Part shown: positions 12,005-24,010 of the stretch, one piece after another | Numbering within the stretch: position 1 is the stretch's first letter | Layout: every line of letters starts with the position of its first letter | Source of the DNA: Stegostoma tigrinum | Lineage: Eukaryota | Direction of reading: 5' to 3' | DNA: 64,000 nt | Assembly: GCF_030684315.1 (NCBI RefSeq) | Contig: NC_081361.1 | Coordinates: forward strand, 14,683,861-14,747,860 | Notes under the pieces: generated by a model | Seen by the model: the letters and a program-made list of their open reading frames with translations, nothing else | Told to the model about the DNA's origin: nothing | Databases searched by the model: none | Translations under genes and position numbers: made by a program

Positions 12005-13344
12005 ACTCATCACCTAAACAGTTCTGTCAAGACTAATTTGCAGCTGGTTACTACCACTCTTGCCTACTTAGCATCCTCCTGCACTGCAACGAGTATTCCT
12101 CAGAGTGCTGTACCTTGCAGTTACACACCTTCCTAATTCTGCAGCCTCCTTCTCTAATCTCCTCCTCAGCAATGAACACTTGCACTTGCCTTCACTCCTT
12201 GGAGTCACTCTTCTCAAGTGTTTGCATGCCACACTCAGTTCACATTACACTTCTTACACACAACACTCTGCCTTTTCTCATTATGAAGGCACAATGGTCA
12301 CACCAGACAGGGTTCAGTACCCCATGTCCTGTTGCCACCTCCCCCATCCCCCTGAACAAAATGGAGGAAGGTGTGCCTCTCTGCTTATCTCAGGGACAGG
12401 TATTGGGTAAGCATGGGAAGAGTCATCTAGAGACTCAGTGATAGCACTGAAGAATGCCCATCATCTAGCATGTACGTTACACTCACATTGAATAGGAATC
12501 AACAAAGATAACTATAATGGTCCGTACTGTGTTAATTTTGGATAATTTATCGTATCACTTTCAGGAGCAATTGTGACATTCATCTCCCATGAGACACCAG
12601 CTGAAGGAGCCCTCAGAGGGGAGATGAACATTTTGAGGATTCACTGATGGGGATACATTTTTCTCAGGGCATCTTGTATTACAGACACATCACACTCCAC
12701 ACAGTGAGGAACACAGTACATCTGAATAATAACATGTGCTTGGAGCCAGATGTCATGATCTATTTAGCTGTGCCTGCAGCCTGATCCTCCAGCATGATGA
12801 GAAGCAACAGGAAACATGTACGCTGCTGTCAGCATTTCCAGAAGCATGGAGCGTTGTACATTGGGAAAGAATGGCAAAGCCCATCTCAACATCTGAGGCA
12901 TGTGCATTGATTACCTTCAGGAAAAGTGGTTGCTCTCACTGAGAATCACATGTGCCAAGTCAGAGTGCTCAAATCAATGGCGTGCATATTATGGATGCCA
13001 CTGGAGAGGGGAGTAATGAAAAGCATCCTCTTAGTACTCAGTACCTGACTGAAATGAAGCCAAGTTCTTTCCAGCTCTAGACTAGTTGCAAAGTGCTGGT
13101 AGACTTCGGCAGGAAAGGGAGAAAACAGGTTCATGGAACTGGGGGCTGCACGGTGCTCTAATTTATGTCCCTCGCCTTCTCGTGCGTTTCCAGCCCCACG
13201 AACAACTCTGCCTCTTTACAAATACAAGTAACGCACTCTTGGTGTGGAACTGATTCAAAACTCTGCCACCAGGTCTGTGTAAAAATGATTATAACAAATG
13301 TCTCAGATGCATCACCGGTATACGCACGCATTTCTACCAGATTA

Positions 13345-13530
13345 AATAGGAACCAAAAGAACTGCAGATGCTGGAAATCAGAAAGACATGGAGATACGCT
13401 GGGAAAGCTCAGCAGGTCTGGCAGCATCTGTGGAGAGGAATCAGAGTTATTGTCTCGGATCCAGTGACCCTTCCTCAAAACTGATCTGGAACTGCAACAC
13501 TGGCTGAGTTTTTCCAGCAATTTCTGTTTT
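13345..13530. mobile_element. Penelope-like pseudo-LTR fragment (partly fold-back), nested in the Harbinger relic
   Basis: AGAACTGCAGATGCTGGAAATC...CTCAGCAGGTCTGGCAGCATCTGTGGAG...GGATCCAGTGACCCTTCCTCA followed by the inverted arm GCTGAGTTTTTCCAGCAATTTCTGTTTT. Confidence 0.65.
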
Positions 13531-14299
13531 CTTAGTCTATACCATGTTCATGTTTTAACAGCCATTATGTCAGTGAAAAGATGGTTTTATGTGAACTCCT
13601 CACCGTGTGGTCTGTCCACTCTCATTTAGATCCAGCAGTTTGCTTCTGGTGAATGATACGACGAGTTGGAAGAGCTGCGAGAGGATGGGTGGGTGGGTGA
13701 TTGTCAGAATGAGGTCTGTTCAGAGTGAAAGACACACGTGGGGCCTCCGGTTTACTATGTTGCGGATGCACATAAGTGAAACATGTCTGGATAACTCTGT
13801 TGCAAGACACATTAACAGATTTGGAAAACTTGACGGGACCTCGGCCTGCAAATTAACATTCTTTTCTCTTCATTTATCAAACCCTGTTGGCATGGGGAAA
13901 ATCCATTGTCAGAAGTGCCAGAGCGTTGCTCCTTATTAGACAGAGTCACTGAAAAGATGTTACAAATATTGCTCAGCTGTTTCTTGAACTTGTACTGAAT
14001 ATACTTAAGAGGTTTTTTAGAAGGCTTCTTCCTGATTAAGCATTCCTGAGGAAGCATGGACCGAAATGAAACCACAGCAGCAGATTTTCAAGAAGCAAGT
14101 AGGTTTTTTCAAGTAGAGTTTCTTTCTTAAATAAAAGATTGCACGATTATTTTTGCCCAAGTCAGAATATTTTCATAGTGGGCACTCATCCATTACCTGA
14201 CGCACCCAGGGTCTTTGAAGCCGGTTACATAACGTACCAACTTAATAAGAAATTGGTTTGTTTAGATCATGCGCATCCTAAATTGCATCTCAGTCACAA

Positions 14300-14575
14300 T
14301 GGAGCACTTCTGAAGCGCTGACAGTGTTGGAATAGAGAGTAACAGCCATTATATGCACTGTGAGATCTCACAAAGACCAATGAGGATGATATGGACAGGG
14401 GACCCTCAGCATGGGATCCTCTTTTGTCAAAATGTACCATGGCACTTTTTTTTGTCAAACAATCCATCTGAAAGGCCAATCTTCAGCATTGACGGAGGTG
14501 CAATTAAATGTGAACTCACTCAGCTTTGGAGTTTCACGGTGGCGCTCTGTAGTGGGGTTCGGGCTCATGAGGTTC
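14300..14575 (-). mobile_element. SacSINE1/DeuSINE-like element
   Basis: Decayed Deu-domain sequence (CCATGGCAC, CATCTGAAAG, GTGGGGTTCGGGCTCATGA); head interrupted by an HE1 SINE. Confidence 0.5.
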
Positions 14576-14892
14576 AGATTAGATTAGGTTAGATTCCCTA
14601 CAGCGTGGAAACAGGCCCTTTGGCCCGACAAGTCCACACCACCCCTTGAATCATCCCACCCAGACACACTCCCCTATAACTCATACACCCCTGAACACTA
14701 TGGGCAATACAGCATGGCCGATCCATCTAGTCTGCACATCTTTGGACTGTGGGAGGAAATCGGAGCACCCGGGGGAAAACACACGCAGACACAGGGAGAA
14801 TGTGCAAACTCCACACAGACAGTCGACCGCTGGAATCAAACCCGGGTCCCTGATGCTGTGAGGCTGCAGTGCTAACCACTGAGCCACCGTGC
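14576..14892 (-). mobile_element. HE1-type SINE, full length, with (AATCT)n tail
   Basis: Reverse complement starts GCACGGTGGCTCAGTGGTTAGCACTGCAGCCTCACAGCATCAGGGACCCGGGTTTGATTCC (A and B boxes); tail AGATTAGATTAGGTTAGATT on +. Confidence 0.9.
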
Positions 14893-15239
14893 TGTCCTAT
14901 GCAGAGGCAGGATTGTTCCGCACAGAGCAGTTTTGACATGTGTTTCTTTTATGATGTCTATGCGGGATGAGTGGGCTTCCTCAATAAGTGTGTTCTCACA
15001 ATGGCCAAGGAATTTGGTCAATTGGCACCAGGAGAACAACACCCACAGCAGAAGTCAGTGTTTTCCCAAAGGTGAATAAAAGGCACAAACCATTTGATAT
15101 TATCCCCCAATGGATTTTTGCTCTGAGGTTCAAACATTGCGGATTTGTTTTTAAAACTGTTTGTGCCACATTTACCATCGGAAAATAGAATAATCCCCTG
15201 TAATGTTCCACTGGGTCATCAGTCAGGTAACTTGTTTGG

Positions 15240-15570
15240 CCGCACAGAATCCTTAGTGTGCAAGCAAGACACATTTGGCCAATCGAGACCACACCAACCC
15301 ACTCACCTACCCCTGTCACCCTGAATTTCCCATGGCTAATCCCCAAGCGTTCACATTGATGGGAACTACAGTCAATTTAGCATGATCAATCCACCCTAAC
15401 CTGCAGATCTTCAGGCTGGAGAAGCAAATCGGAGCACCTGGGAGGAAACCCATGTAGACATGGGGATAGTGTGTACACTCCAAATAGACAGTCACCCAAG
15501 AGTGGAAGTGAACCTGGATCCCTGGCTCTGTGAGGCAGCAGCGCTAACCAATGATCTACTGTGCCACCAC
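15240..15570 (-). mobile_element. HE1-type SINE
   Basis: Same head and body as 14576-14892, more diverged. Confidence 0.8.
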
Positions 15571-16189
15571 AAAGATCACTTATGGTTTGTAGAGTCAGCT
15601 GGTTTACTTTGCAAATTCTTGTCTGAAGATGTGGCTATTCTGCAAGCCCTAAAGAGAACCTCTATGGTCATTTCTTCACCTTAATCCTTTAATCGTACTT
15701 GGACATTGATCTAAGTTTCAAAAATTACCACAGTACATGAATAATGGTCTGCACATGCTTCAAGTCCCTCAGTCAAAAAATATTTAAAACATTAAAAAAA
15801 AAGCAAGCTTCCCATATTCCTCACTACCTGAGTCTCAATGACAAGGAAAATTAAAAATTGACTGACTGGCACCAAACTGTGAGAGTAATTGCTAAAAATT
15901 GATTGAATCAAATGGTTATGAATCTCCCTGCATCAAAAACATTGACTGAATCAGATTAAAAACATCCGTTTTCACATCAGCTCTCCGTGAGTGTACATTG
16001 ACATTTATGTAATGGATTTTTCCGCTTTATACATAAAAACATTAGTTTTAAAACGCATTAGAGAGTCACACGTGCCTATAAATATTCTATTCTACCCCAA
16101 AAACACATACTTGTGCAAGCCCTCAGAGATGATCACTTGGTAAAGTGGTTTCTGAAGTTGTCAAGTTACTTTCTGCATCACTGTATTAG

Positions 16190-16190
<1 letters not shown>

Positions 16191-16226
<36 letters not shown>
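16191..16226. repeat. (CA)n microsatellite
   Basis: Perfect CA run of about 18 units. Confidence 0.95.
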
Positions 16227-16230
<4 letters not shown>

Positions 16231-16242
16231 CACAGCGCATTT

Positions 16243-16442
16243 AAGACCATAAGCCCATAAGACATAGGAGTGGAAGTAAGGCCATTCAGCCCATCGAGTC
16301 CACTCCACCATTTAATCATGGCTGATGGGCATTTCATCTCCACTTCCCTGCACTCACCCCGTAGCCCTTGATTCCGTGAGATCAAAAATAATCAAACTCT
16401 GCCTTGAAGACATTTAATGTCCCGGCCTCCACTGCACTTCCA
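16243..16442 (-). mobile_element. CR1 3' end with short tandem tail
   Basis: TAAGACCATAAGCCCATAAGACATAGGAGTGGAAGTAAGGCCATTCAGCCCATCGAGTCC tail and 3'UTR; same family as 24790-25050. Confidence 0.75.
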
Positions 16443-17879
16443 TCCTGAGTTTTAAGCACAGTTTCGGACTGCAATACTCAAATCAGGCTGACAGCACAAC
16501 TGCCTCGGGATATATGGTTTCCCAGAGCAGTGCTGATTTTTAGAAAAACGAGGTGCGGGAGAGTAACAAGCTACAACTACCTGGGAGGTGGGAGATGGAA
16601 ATCACAAACCAAAACTTCTATTTTCCTACTCTCTGCTGCTGCCTGGCCTACTGTGTTCCTCCAGCTCCACACTGTGTTATACCTGGGTGGGCTGCAACGG
16701 GAGGTGGAGGTGGGCTGAGGGTTGGTGATATCCAGGGCACGCTGTTGATTTGGGACAATGAAACTGGAAAAAAAAGTGGACATGGTCATTATTTGAGCTC
16801 CCAAAACAAAAAAAATGCAGCCTTATTTCATACTTGCATTTGCAAACATTTATAACCTGCAGCAACTTGTTTCTCCCTGTAGGTTCCTCCCATCCACCTT
16901 GCCTCAACACTAGGTGTCTGAGTGGACGTCAAAACAGCAGAAAGTCAATGATGCTGAACTGTAAAATCATATTTTTTTCACAATTATGCTATCTCAGCCA
17001 GCTGTAAGCATGAGGCAGCACTCATACTAAACCCCATTAGAGAGATGACAACACAATACATTATATTCAATTGGATCATTTCCGGTTTAGATCGTGAGTT
17101 ATGTTCTGACACATTTGTGCTATTTCTGCCCCCCACATGCTCCCTCTCATTCCTGCCTCACTGAATTTCCATCTTTTATTTTATGCTCTCCTTTCAGTCT
17201 AAGTTGTCACACTACTTTTATGTCGTTCCCATTTCCATCTCCATTCTGCAACTGCCACCTTTTCTCCTACTACCCAGTGTGATTCTGCTTGCGGCATTCT
17301 GGCTCCATTCATTTTCACGGACCCAAACTTTCACAGATTTTCACATGTTTAATTCAGGTGTCAAACATGCCATGTCAGAGGCATGAGGTGATCAAGAGGG
17401 CACTGGATGGTTACTTGGATAGAATTAACGTGCAAGGAAATGAGGCAAAAAAAAGAGGAGATTGGCACTGCTCATGTGAAAAAAAGCAGCATAGGCATGA
17501 TGGACCAAAATGGCCACCTACCATGTCAACACTTCTGGTGAAGGTGCTGTGGGGAGGAGGCGTAGGGGAGTGGGGGAAGATATAACGCCAGGAGCTGGGC
17601 TGTCATTAAAAAAACCTCAAAATTTCCTGGCTTGGCCCACCAGCCTTGAAACAACATGACTTCAAAAGATGGAATTTTCAGTGGAGGGAGGAAAAGGTGG
17701 GCAGCAGAGAGGCCAGTCAACCTAGCAAAGTGTTCAGAGATAGCCACATGAGCCACCGGGTGCGACCAGCGTATGTTGAATGCTCACATTATTGCTACAG
17801 AGTACAGACAAACCCTTATCCCCATTCATGCACCACACTGTCCCACTCTATTGCTCTTCACCAACTCTCATACCTCATG

Positions 17880-18190
17880 ACTCCAGAACCCAAGGCTAAT
17901 GTCTTGGGGACAAGGGTTCAAAACCCACAATGGAAGATGGTGAAATTTGAATTCATTAAAAGAGAAACGAATCTGGAATTAAAGAGCTAGCCAAATGGCC
18001 AACCATGTGACCACTGTTAAGCACACATCTGTTTCACTAATGCCCTTTAGAGCAGGCAACCTGGCATCCTCGCTTGGTCTGGCCTACAGGTGACCCTAGC
18101 CCCATGGCAAAATGGTTGACTTAACTGTGCTCTGAGCAATCAGGCTTGAGCAGGAGCGAGCAACACCTCCACCCTGTGGAAAGAAAAATT
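17880..18190 (+). mobile_element. Second shark tRNA-type SINE
   Basis: CCAGAACCCAAGGCTAATGTCTTGGGGACAAGGGTTCAAAACCCAC (B-box-like)...ATCTGGAATTAAAGAGCTAG...GGTCTGGCCTACAGGTGAC; matches 7625-7900. Confidence 0.75.
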
Positions 18191-20084
18191 TTAAACAAAT
18201 CTTCCACAAAGGGAATAGTTGAGACCAATCTGAATAAAGCTGTCATTTGTATATTTTCTCAATATATCACATTGAAAAATCCCTACTAATGCATCTAGGT
18301 CAAAGGACTAGTTGCTTCAGCATTGCTGTTTTTGCTGCTATGAGAAAAACACCAGTCAGAACAGAGGGGGAAGAGAGAAGGTGGAGACAGCTCTTGAGCA
18401 CATTTAGCACCAACTTCCAAAATTGAAACACAATGGATGTTCCTGTCCCTCATCCAGAAGCCCACAGGATGGAAACATTGTGATGTCAGTCAGCATCTTA
18501 CAGAGACTTGGCATTTGACCTGACATTTTGGACCTTGTGGGTCTAGTTAATGCCTTTGTATCCATGTGACTGTGTGGACATCAAATCCCAAAGCTGAGAT
18601 CATTCAAAAAGCAAAGGGCACCCCCCCACCGCTTCTATCTATGTGCAGCCAATCAACAGAACATTGACTTTGTGCCATTCTGGCTGCACTCAGCTCTGCT
18701 GACTATTTTCAAACCACCATTTAGAACCAGAGGGTAGCTGCTCAGCCACAAATATTATCTACACATCCTCATAGCTCCATTCTGTGGACAGAGCATCTCA
18801 AATGAAGGCTGTGCTGAACAAAAGAGAGAGTGTACGTAGAACTCAGGTTGTAGAACTCAGAGGGACCTGGGTACTCTGGTATATAAACCACATTAAATTT
18901 GTTTGCAGGTACAGCAAGTGTTTGGCAAGGAAAATGAAATGTTGGCTTTTATTGCAATCAAATTTCAAAGTAATGAGGGCTTACTGTAGCTGTTGGTGAT
19001 ATTGCTATATTGGAAAGAGCACAATGGGAGTTTGGTATACAATTTTGGCATCCCAATAACGGGCTTAAGGTATGAATATACTCAGGAAGTGGAGTTGAGA
19101 CTATAACCAGATCAGTAATGATTTTACCAAATTGAGCAGCAGGCCTGAAAACCCGGGTGGCTGCCCTGGTCCTAATTCCTGCATCTGTTGTTTCCACAGA
19201 CATCATGAAACAGGCCAGTGCCATCCTGAAGCAATGATTCTGCTGCCTGGGTCATTTGGGAGGAGCCTGAAATACCTGATGACAGAATAGTAACCTTGCC
19301 TTCCTCTTATCCGGTCGCCAGGCCAGGAGCTGGCTAATAGTCTCCAAGGGGTTAACAGGCTATAGCTGCTCTCCCATGTCCTTTTGGCAGCTAATCATGC
19401 ACCTTCCAGTCAGCCTAACTTGAGCTTAAACCACTGGAGCAGTACAAATACAATATAAGAAATAATTCCATACAGGTCATTCACTCAGCTATATTCAAAG
19501 AAAAATGCTCATTTTTTTGTCTTCCTGCACTATTCCATGCTTTGACTCCCTTCACATTCGAATGCCTTTTCCAACTCTGTTTTGAATATACTCAATGATG
19601 ACGCATTTACAGTTCTCTGGGGGTAAACATTTCCAATGATATATTGTCTTCACTCAAATGGCAATTCCTTTCACTCCAGTTCCAAAAATGGCTGATTCCT
19701 CTTAATCCTAGACTGCAACATCTAGATTCCTCACCCTTGAGAGACATCCTCCCAGCAATCTCATGCAACTCCTCAAGAATTTAAACTGTTTCAATAAAAC
19801 TTAAAAGAAATATTGGTCTAGCCTGTTCAATTTCTCCTCATTCCATAAATGCTCCTTCTCAGGAGCCTGACTGGTAAACGTTTTTTACATTGCCTCCAGA
19901 GTAGGAAGATACTTCCTCAGGGAGGATATTGAAGCTTTAGACAGTAGTCCATGTGTGGCATGTGTGGTATCAAATATGGCTTGCACAATTATAGAGAGAC
20001 TGCGGTACTTTTCATTCCCTTTGTACCCTCTTGTTAGTAGTGGGCCACTTTTGCTCATCTTGTTCAGATTTAAATCTAGTTTGA

Positions 20085-20280
20085 GAACATTGAACATTAC
20101 AGCACAGTACAGTACAGGACCTTCGGCCCTCGATGTTGTGCCGACCTGTCATACTGATCTCAAGCCCATCTAACCTACACTATTCCATGTACGTCCATAT
20201 GCTTATCCAATGACGACTTAAATGTACCTAAAGTTGGCGAATCTACTACCGTTGCAGGCAAAGCGCTCCATTCCCTTGCT
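20085..20280 (-). mobile_element. Young CR1 3' fragment inserted in an older CR1 relic (about 20040-20640)
   Basis: Reverse complement closely matches the 3' end of the outer element at 30345-30530 (TGCAACGGTAGTAGATT...TTTAGGTACATTTAAGTCGTCATTGGA). Confidence 0.85.
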
Positions 20281-20689
20281 CTCACTCTCAAATGCAAAAT
20301 AAAATTCTATCATATTATGATCACTCTTCCTCGGTAGCTGCTTTAGTAACAAGTTATTAATGAACTCTTCCTCACTTTTCAATACCAGGTCTAACATAGT
20401 CTGTTAGCTTGTTGGCCGTGCTGATTAAGAAATCTGTTTTTTTCTCCCTCCCAAATATGTCCCACACAGATGGTTTACTGAGCCTCCATGATGAACCTTT
20501 CTCTGATCCTCTTATAACTTTCCCTAGCATATATCTCTCTTTCGTTCACTAATACTCTGTTCAGCACTGCAACCAAAAGGATGTATGACCTGCTTTTCTC
20601 AACTCCATCCAAACATCTTCCATATAACGAGACTCTAAAATGTTATCCTTTCCATTCCCTTTTCCCATCCTCTCATTTCTGAGCTGCCT

Positions 20690-20835
20690 TCCTCCTCCCC
20701 CATTTCTGAAGAAGGATCCCGACCTGAAACGTCAATTTTCCTGCTCCTCTGATGCTGCCTGGCCTGCTGTGTTCCTTCAGCTCCACACTGTGTTATCTTT
20801 GACTCCAGCATCAGCAGTTCTTACCATTTCTAACA
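20690..20835 (+). mobile_element. Penelope-like pseudo-LTR fragment
   Basis: CCCCCATTTCTGAAGAAGG...CCTGCTCCTCTGATGCTGCCTGGCCTGCTGTGTTCC...GTGTTATCT...CCAGCATCAGCAGTTC; same family as 33236-33716. Confidence 0.75.
20706..20733 (+). ncRNA. Minimal hammerhead ribozyme core (PLE-type), best-preserved copy
   Basis: CTGAAGA-AGGATCCCGACCT-GAAAC-GTC: CUGANGA box, stem II (AGG/CCT), GAAA box, palindromic ACGT stem III, GUC cleavage triplet; stem I weak. Confidence 0.6.
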
Positions 20836-21354
20836 TCAGGTCTAATTCCTATTCCATTTTATTCTCAATTACTTCTTGCGGAAGTTTAGTGTCCTAGACT
20901 ATTTAGTTACCAACAACTGGTCATTCTACAACCACACCTCTGTAATGATTATGAGATCCAAATTGTGTATTCTTATCTACGATATCAATCCATCTATTGT
21001 TGCACATGTTTTGTGCAATTTATATAAATTTGGGGACAAAGTTGATGTCAAAAAATATCTAATGCTTGTTAGCCTTCGAGAGTTCTCTGATCCTTCCTAA
21101 TCCCCTCTACTCATGTTTTTTTTCAAACCAAAATTGTTACGCTCCTCTCAAACTTGCAATTTCCTGTCAATCTGGCACAAAGATCAAAAGCAAAACCAAT
21201 CCATTCTCAAGCAATGGGAAACAGCTGCCTCTCTCAAGATGACACTGTGGGATGTGCGCTGTACTAGGTTGTATAACAGAGTAAAATGAGTTTATTTTCT
21301 CTCCCTCCAATTTTCTTCTAGCTTTCCCCATTACTCACAGGCAAAATGAGTCGA

Positions 21355-21770
21355 GTTCCCAGTGTAGGACTCAACAACCCTTCTCCAGGAGTAGGCCTTA
21401 CTTCCTTCTGTTCCTGGAACAGACCTGGGCTTGCATCAATCCCTGTTCAGAAAGCCTCAACCCATTCCTGTCCTGGACCAGGCCTTGCCTCCCACTGGCC
21501 CTGATGCTGTTGAACCCAGACTCCTGCTGCACACAGCACAGTCAGCCTCACCCATTCCATTCGCAGAGCAGACTTTTCCGCACTTCTCCCGGAGCAGGCC
21601 TCTCAGCCTTGTCTCTCCACGATCACTCCTGTAGCAAGCCTCATCTCTGCCGCTCCCTCAGAACGGGTGGCCTCACTAGCCAGTGCTCCCAGAGCAGGCT
21701 TAGTCTCCCCTGCTCCTAGAGAAGGCCTCACTTCACATCTCTCCCAATGTAGGCCTTGCTCCAACAGCTG
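21355..21770. repeat. Degenerate minisatellite, ~27-bp period, core TCCYRGAGCAGGCCT
   Basis: About 12 imperfect units, e.g. TCCAGGAGTAGGCCT, TCCTGGACCAGGCCT, TCCCGGAGCAGGCCT, TCCTGTAGCAAGCCT, TCCCAGAGCAGGCTT, TCCTAGAGAAGGCCT, TCCCAATGTAGGCCT. Confidence 0.7.
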
Positions 21771-21949
21771 GCCTCTGTCCTAGTTCAGCTTAGGCTCTGT
21801 TCTCCAACCGGCTTCCTCAGTCCCTCATCAGTAGCGTATGCACTGCTGATAACAGCACACACAGAAGGCAGTAAGATCATCATGGATCAGTCTTAAGGAA
21901 AATGATGGGATATCCAGTGGGGATTTGAGGAGAAGATAGCTTTAAACTA

Positions 21950-22150
21950 GAGGACTATGGATAGATGGAACTGACTGCCTGAAAAGGACAGTAGAGGCAA
22001 CAGCCTTCAAGATATTTAAGAACTATTTGGATGAGCACTTCAAATACTCTGTAGCATACAAAACTATGGGCCAAGAAATTGGGATTAGAATAGATGAATA
22101 TTGATGACCAGCAAAGACACAGTGGACCCAATGGCTTCAAGCCAGGGTGC
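21950..22150 (+). mobile_element. CR1 3' end fragment
   Basis: TGGAACTGACTGCCTGAAAAGGACAGTAGAGGC...ATTTAAGAACTATTTGGATGAGCACTT...CTATGGGCCAAG. Confidence 0.65.
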
Positions 22151-23679
22151 AAAATTATACATTGTTGTTATTTGCATTTCCCATCATTTTGCAAAAGTAT
22201 GTGGAGATTGGTTATCAAAATGTATCGAGTCATTGTGATCATTTTCAGCAAAAGCAAATTCCTTTATAAAGATTGCATTAAGTGTTAGAAAACTAAAGCC
22301 TGCATTTCTGCCATGATTGGATAGGAAAAGAATCAGATTCCTTAGCGCGTTTGCCTTATGGTATTTCGGAGTACATCACAATGACAGCACAACAGCTGTG
22401 AAGATTGGGAATTCTCACTGATATCACAATCTGACATTGAATCTAACATCTGAATTGAAAGGAGAACTTTAAAACTTGCAGAAGAAACTGAAAACTACTT
22501 CAGAGACAGTGTAATTATCTAAGTAGATGCTAATTGATGTGTACAGAAATCAGGAGTACTTGCAACTTGGGTACAATTTAAAGAAAATGCATGAATTAAA
22601 ACAGTACAAGCTGAAGCACTGAGAAATAAAAACAACACTTCACACATAGGATACAAAAATTGCAAACTTTGAGACAGTGGTAAATTGGTTCAGACAAAAA
22701 AAAAAGTTACTTTTTCCTTCCAATACATACATACATACATATAGAGTTTCACATGAAGTTAATAAAATGGCCCAGGAATCCCAGTGGGAAGTCATTGATG
22801 TAGCAGCAGAGATTGAAGTGGTGTGTCAGGATCATGTGGAATCCTTAACATATGTACCTCCCTGGGAGATACCAGAGAAATTTACATTTCCTTTCGACAG
22901 TAAGTAGGCATCTAGAACCCTCTGGAAAAGTTGGAAAGGTCCCAGGCTCTGAGCTAGCAAAGATTTCAAAGGGTTGCTATTCATTTAGGCTTCATCACCA
23001 ATCAAGAAAGTACTAGAGAATTTAAAAACTGCTCTCACTCCTGGCTAGGGATTGGGCTGAATCCCTGACTCATCACCAAATCTTCTCTGCCACTCTCCTC
23101 CCACAGCTACACCTCCCTGATCTCGCACGCACCCTGCCATGTGATCCCTCAACCTACTGTAAACCCTCATCCATTGATCATGTGCATTGTGATAGCCACC
23201 TAAACCTGGTATTCCTCTCACCTAAGATAACAAGGTGAAGAGCTGGATGAACACAGCAAGCCAAGCAGCATCATAGTAGTGGGGAAGCTTCTCACCTACT
23301 TGGCTTCCTACTTTGCAAATCAGTTGGCATTCTAGCCCCTCAGGTACCTGGCACTTTGACCCTAAGCTCCTGCCACACGTGCATCCTGTCAGTGGGTGCC
23401 AAAATGGCTGCAGGACATTTATACCACAGCATATGCTACCTTCTTCTCTACTGGTAGTTGGGGCTTCTACTCTTGCTGGTTGAGCATTCCTGAATTGCTG
23501 CTGTGCAACATAAGACTCTATACCCCAAACAAACAGACATTTGAGTGTAAAATGGATCAGAAGGTTTCTTTTTGTCCAGTCAGGATCAGAAACAGTGTTC
23601 CAATCCTGATTCAACACATTTGAGCCTATAAGCATTCAGGATTTTGTCTGGTAATTGACTGGCTCATGCAAATTGTTTC

Positions 23680-24010
23680 ATGGAATCATAGAATCCCTAC
23701 AGTATAGAAACAGGCCATGCAGCCCAACAAGTCCACACTGCTTCCCACAGCGTCCGACCCAGACCCATCCCTCGACCTTTTCCCTGTAACCCTGCATTTC
23801 CCACGTCTAATCCACCCAGCCTGCACACTACCATCATTTTTGTATGACTAATCCACCCTAGCCTGCACCTCTTTGGACTGTGGGAAGAAACTGGAGCACC
23901 CGGAGGAAACCCACACAGAGGGAAACATGTAAACTCCACACATGCAGTTGCCAGAGGGTGGAATTGAACCCAGGTCCCTGGCGCTGTGAGGCAGCAGTGC
24001 TAACCAGCAA
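23680..24010 (-). mobile_element. HE1-type SINE
   Basis: Reverse complement GGTTAGCACTGCTGCCTCACAGCGCCAGGGACCTGGGTTCAATTCC head; tail CATGGAATCATAGAATC on +. Confidence 0.88.

Larger units (their letters stand above)
11701..13905 (+). mobile_element. Decayed PIF/Harbinger-like DNA transposon with Myb/SANT-like ORF
   Basis: Imperfect TIRs ATTTTCCCC-N6-ACAGG at 11707-11726 and its reverse complement at 13883-13902; ORF 11741..12136 encodes DSFLEILWDAVKTRREFCLPVDG...TMQAWMQVTVTVHIHSVAPKILIQ, resembling the Harbinger Myb/SANT-like DNA-binding domain. Confidence 0.65.

Noticed and set aside
14830-14892. tRNA gene (A/B boxes)
   Set aside because: The boxes run directly into SINE body sequence repeated many times in the window; no cloverleaf acceptor stem evident.
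21355-21770. CRISPR-like repeat-spacer array
   Set aside because: Repeats are short and degenerate, spacers short and low-complexity, context is vertebrate and no cas genes are present.
23278-23680. Possible RTE-type RT relic on the + strand
   Set aside because: Only a faint TYLAS resemblance to FxYLGS; the remainder could not be aligned.
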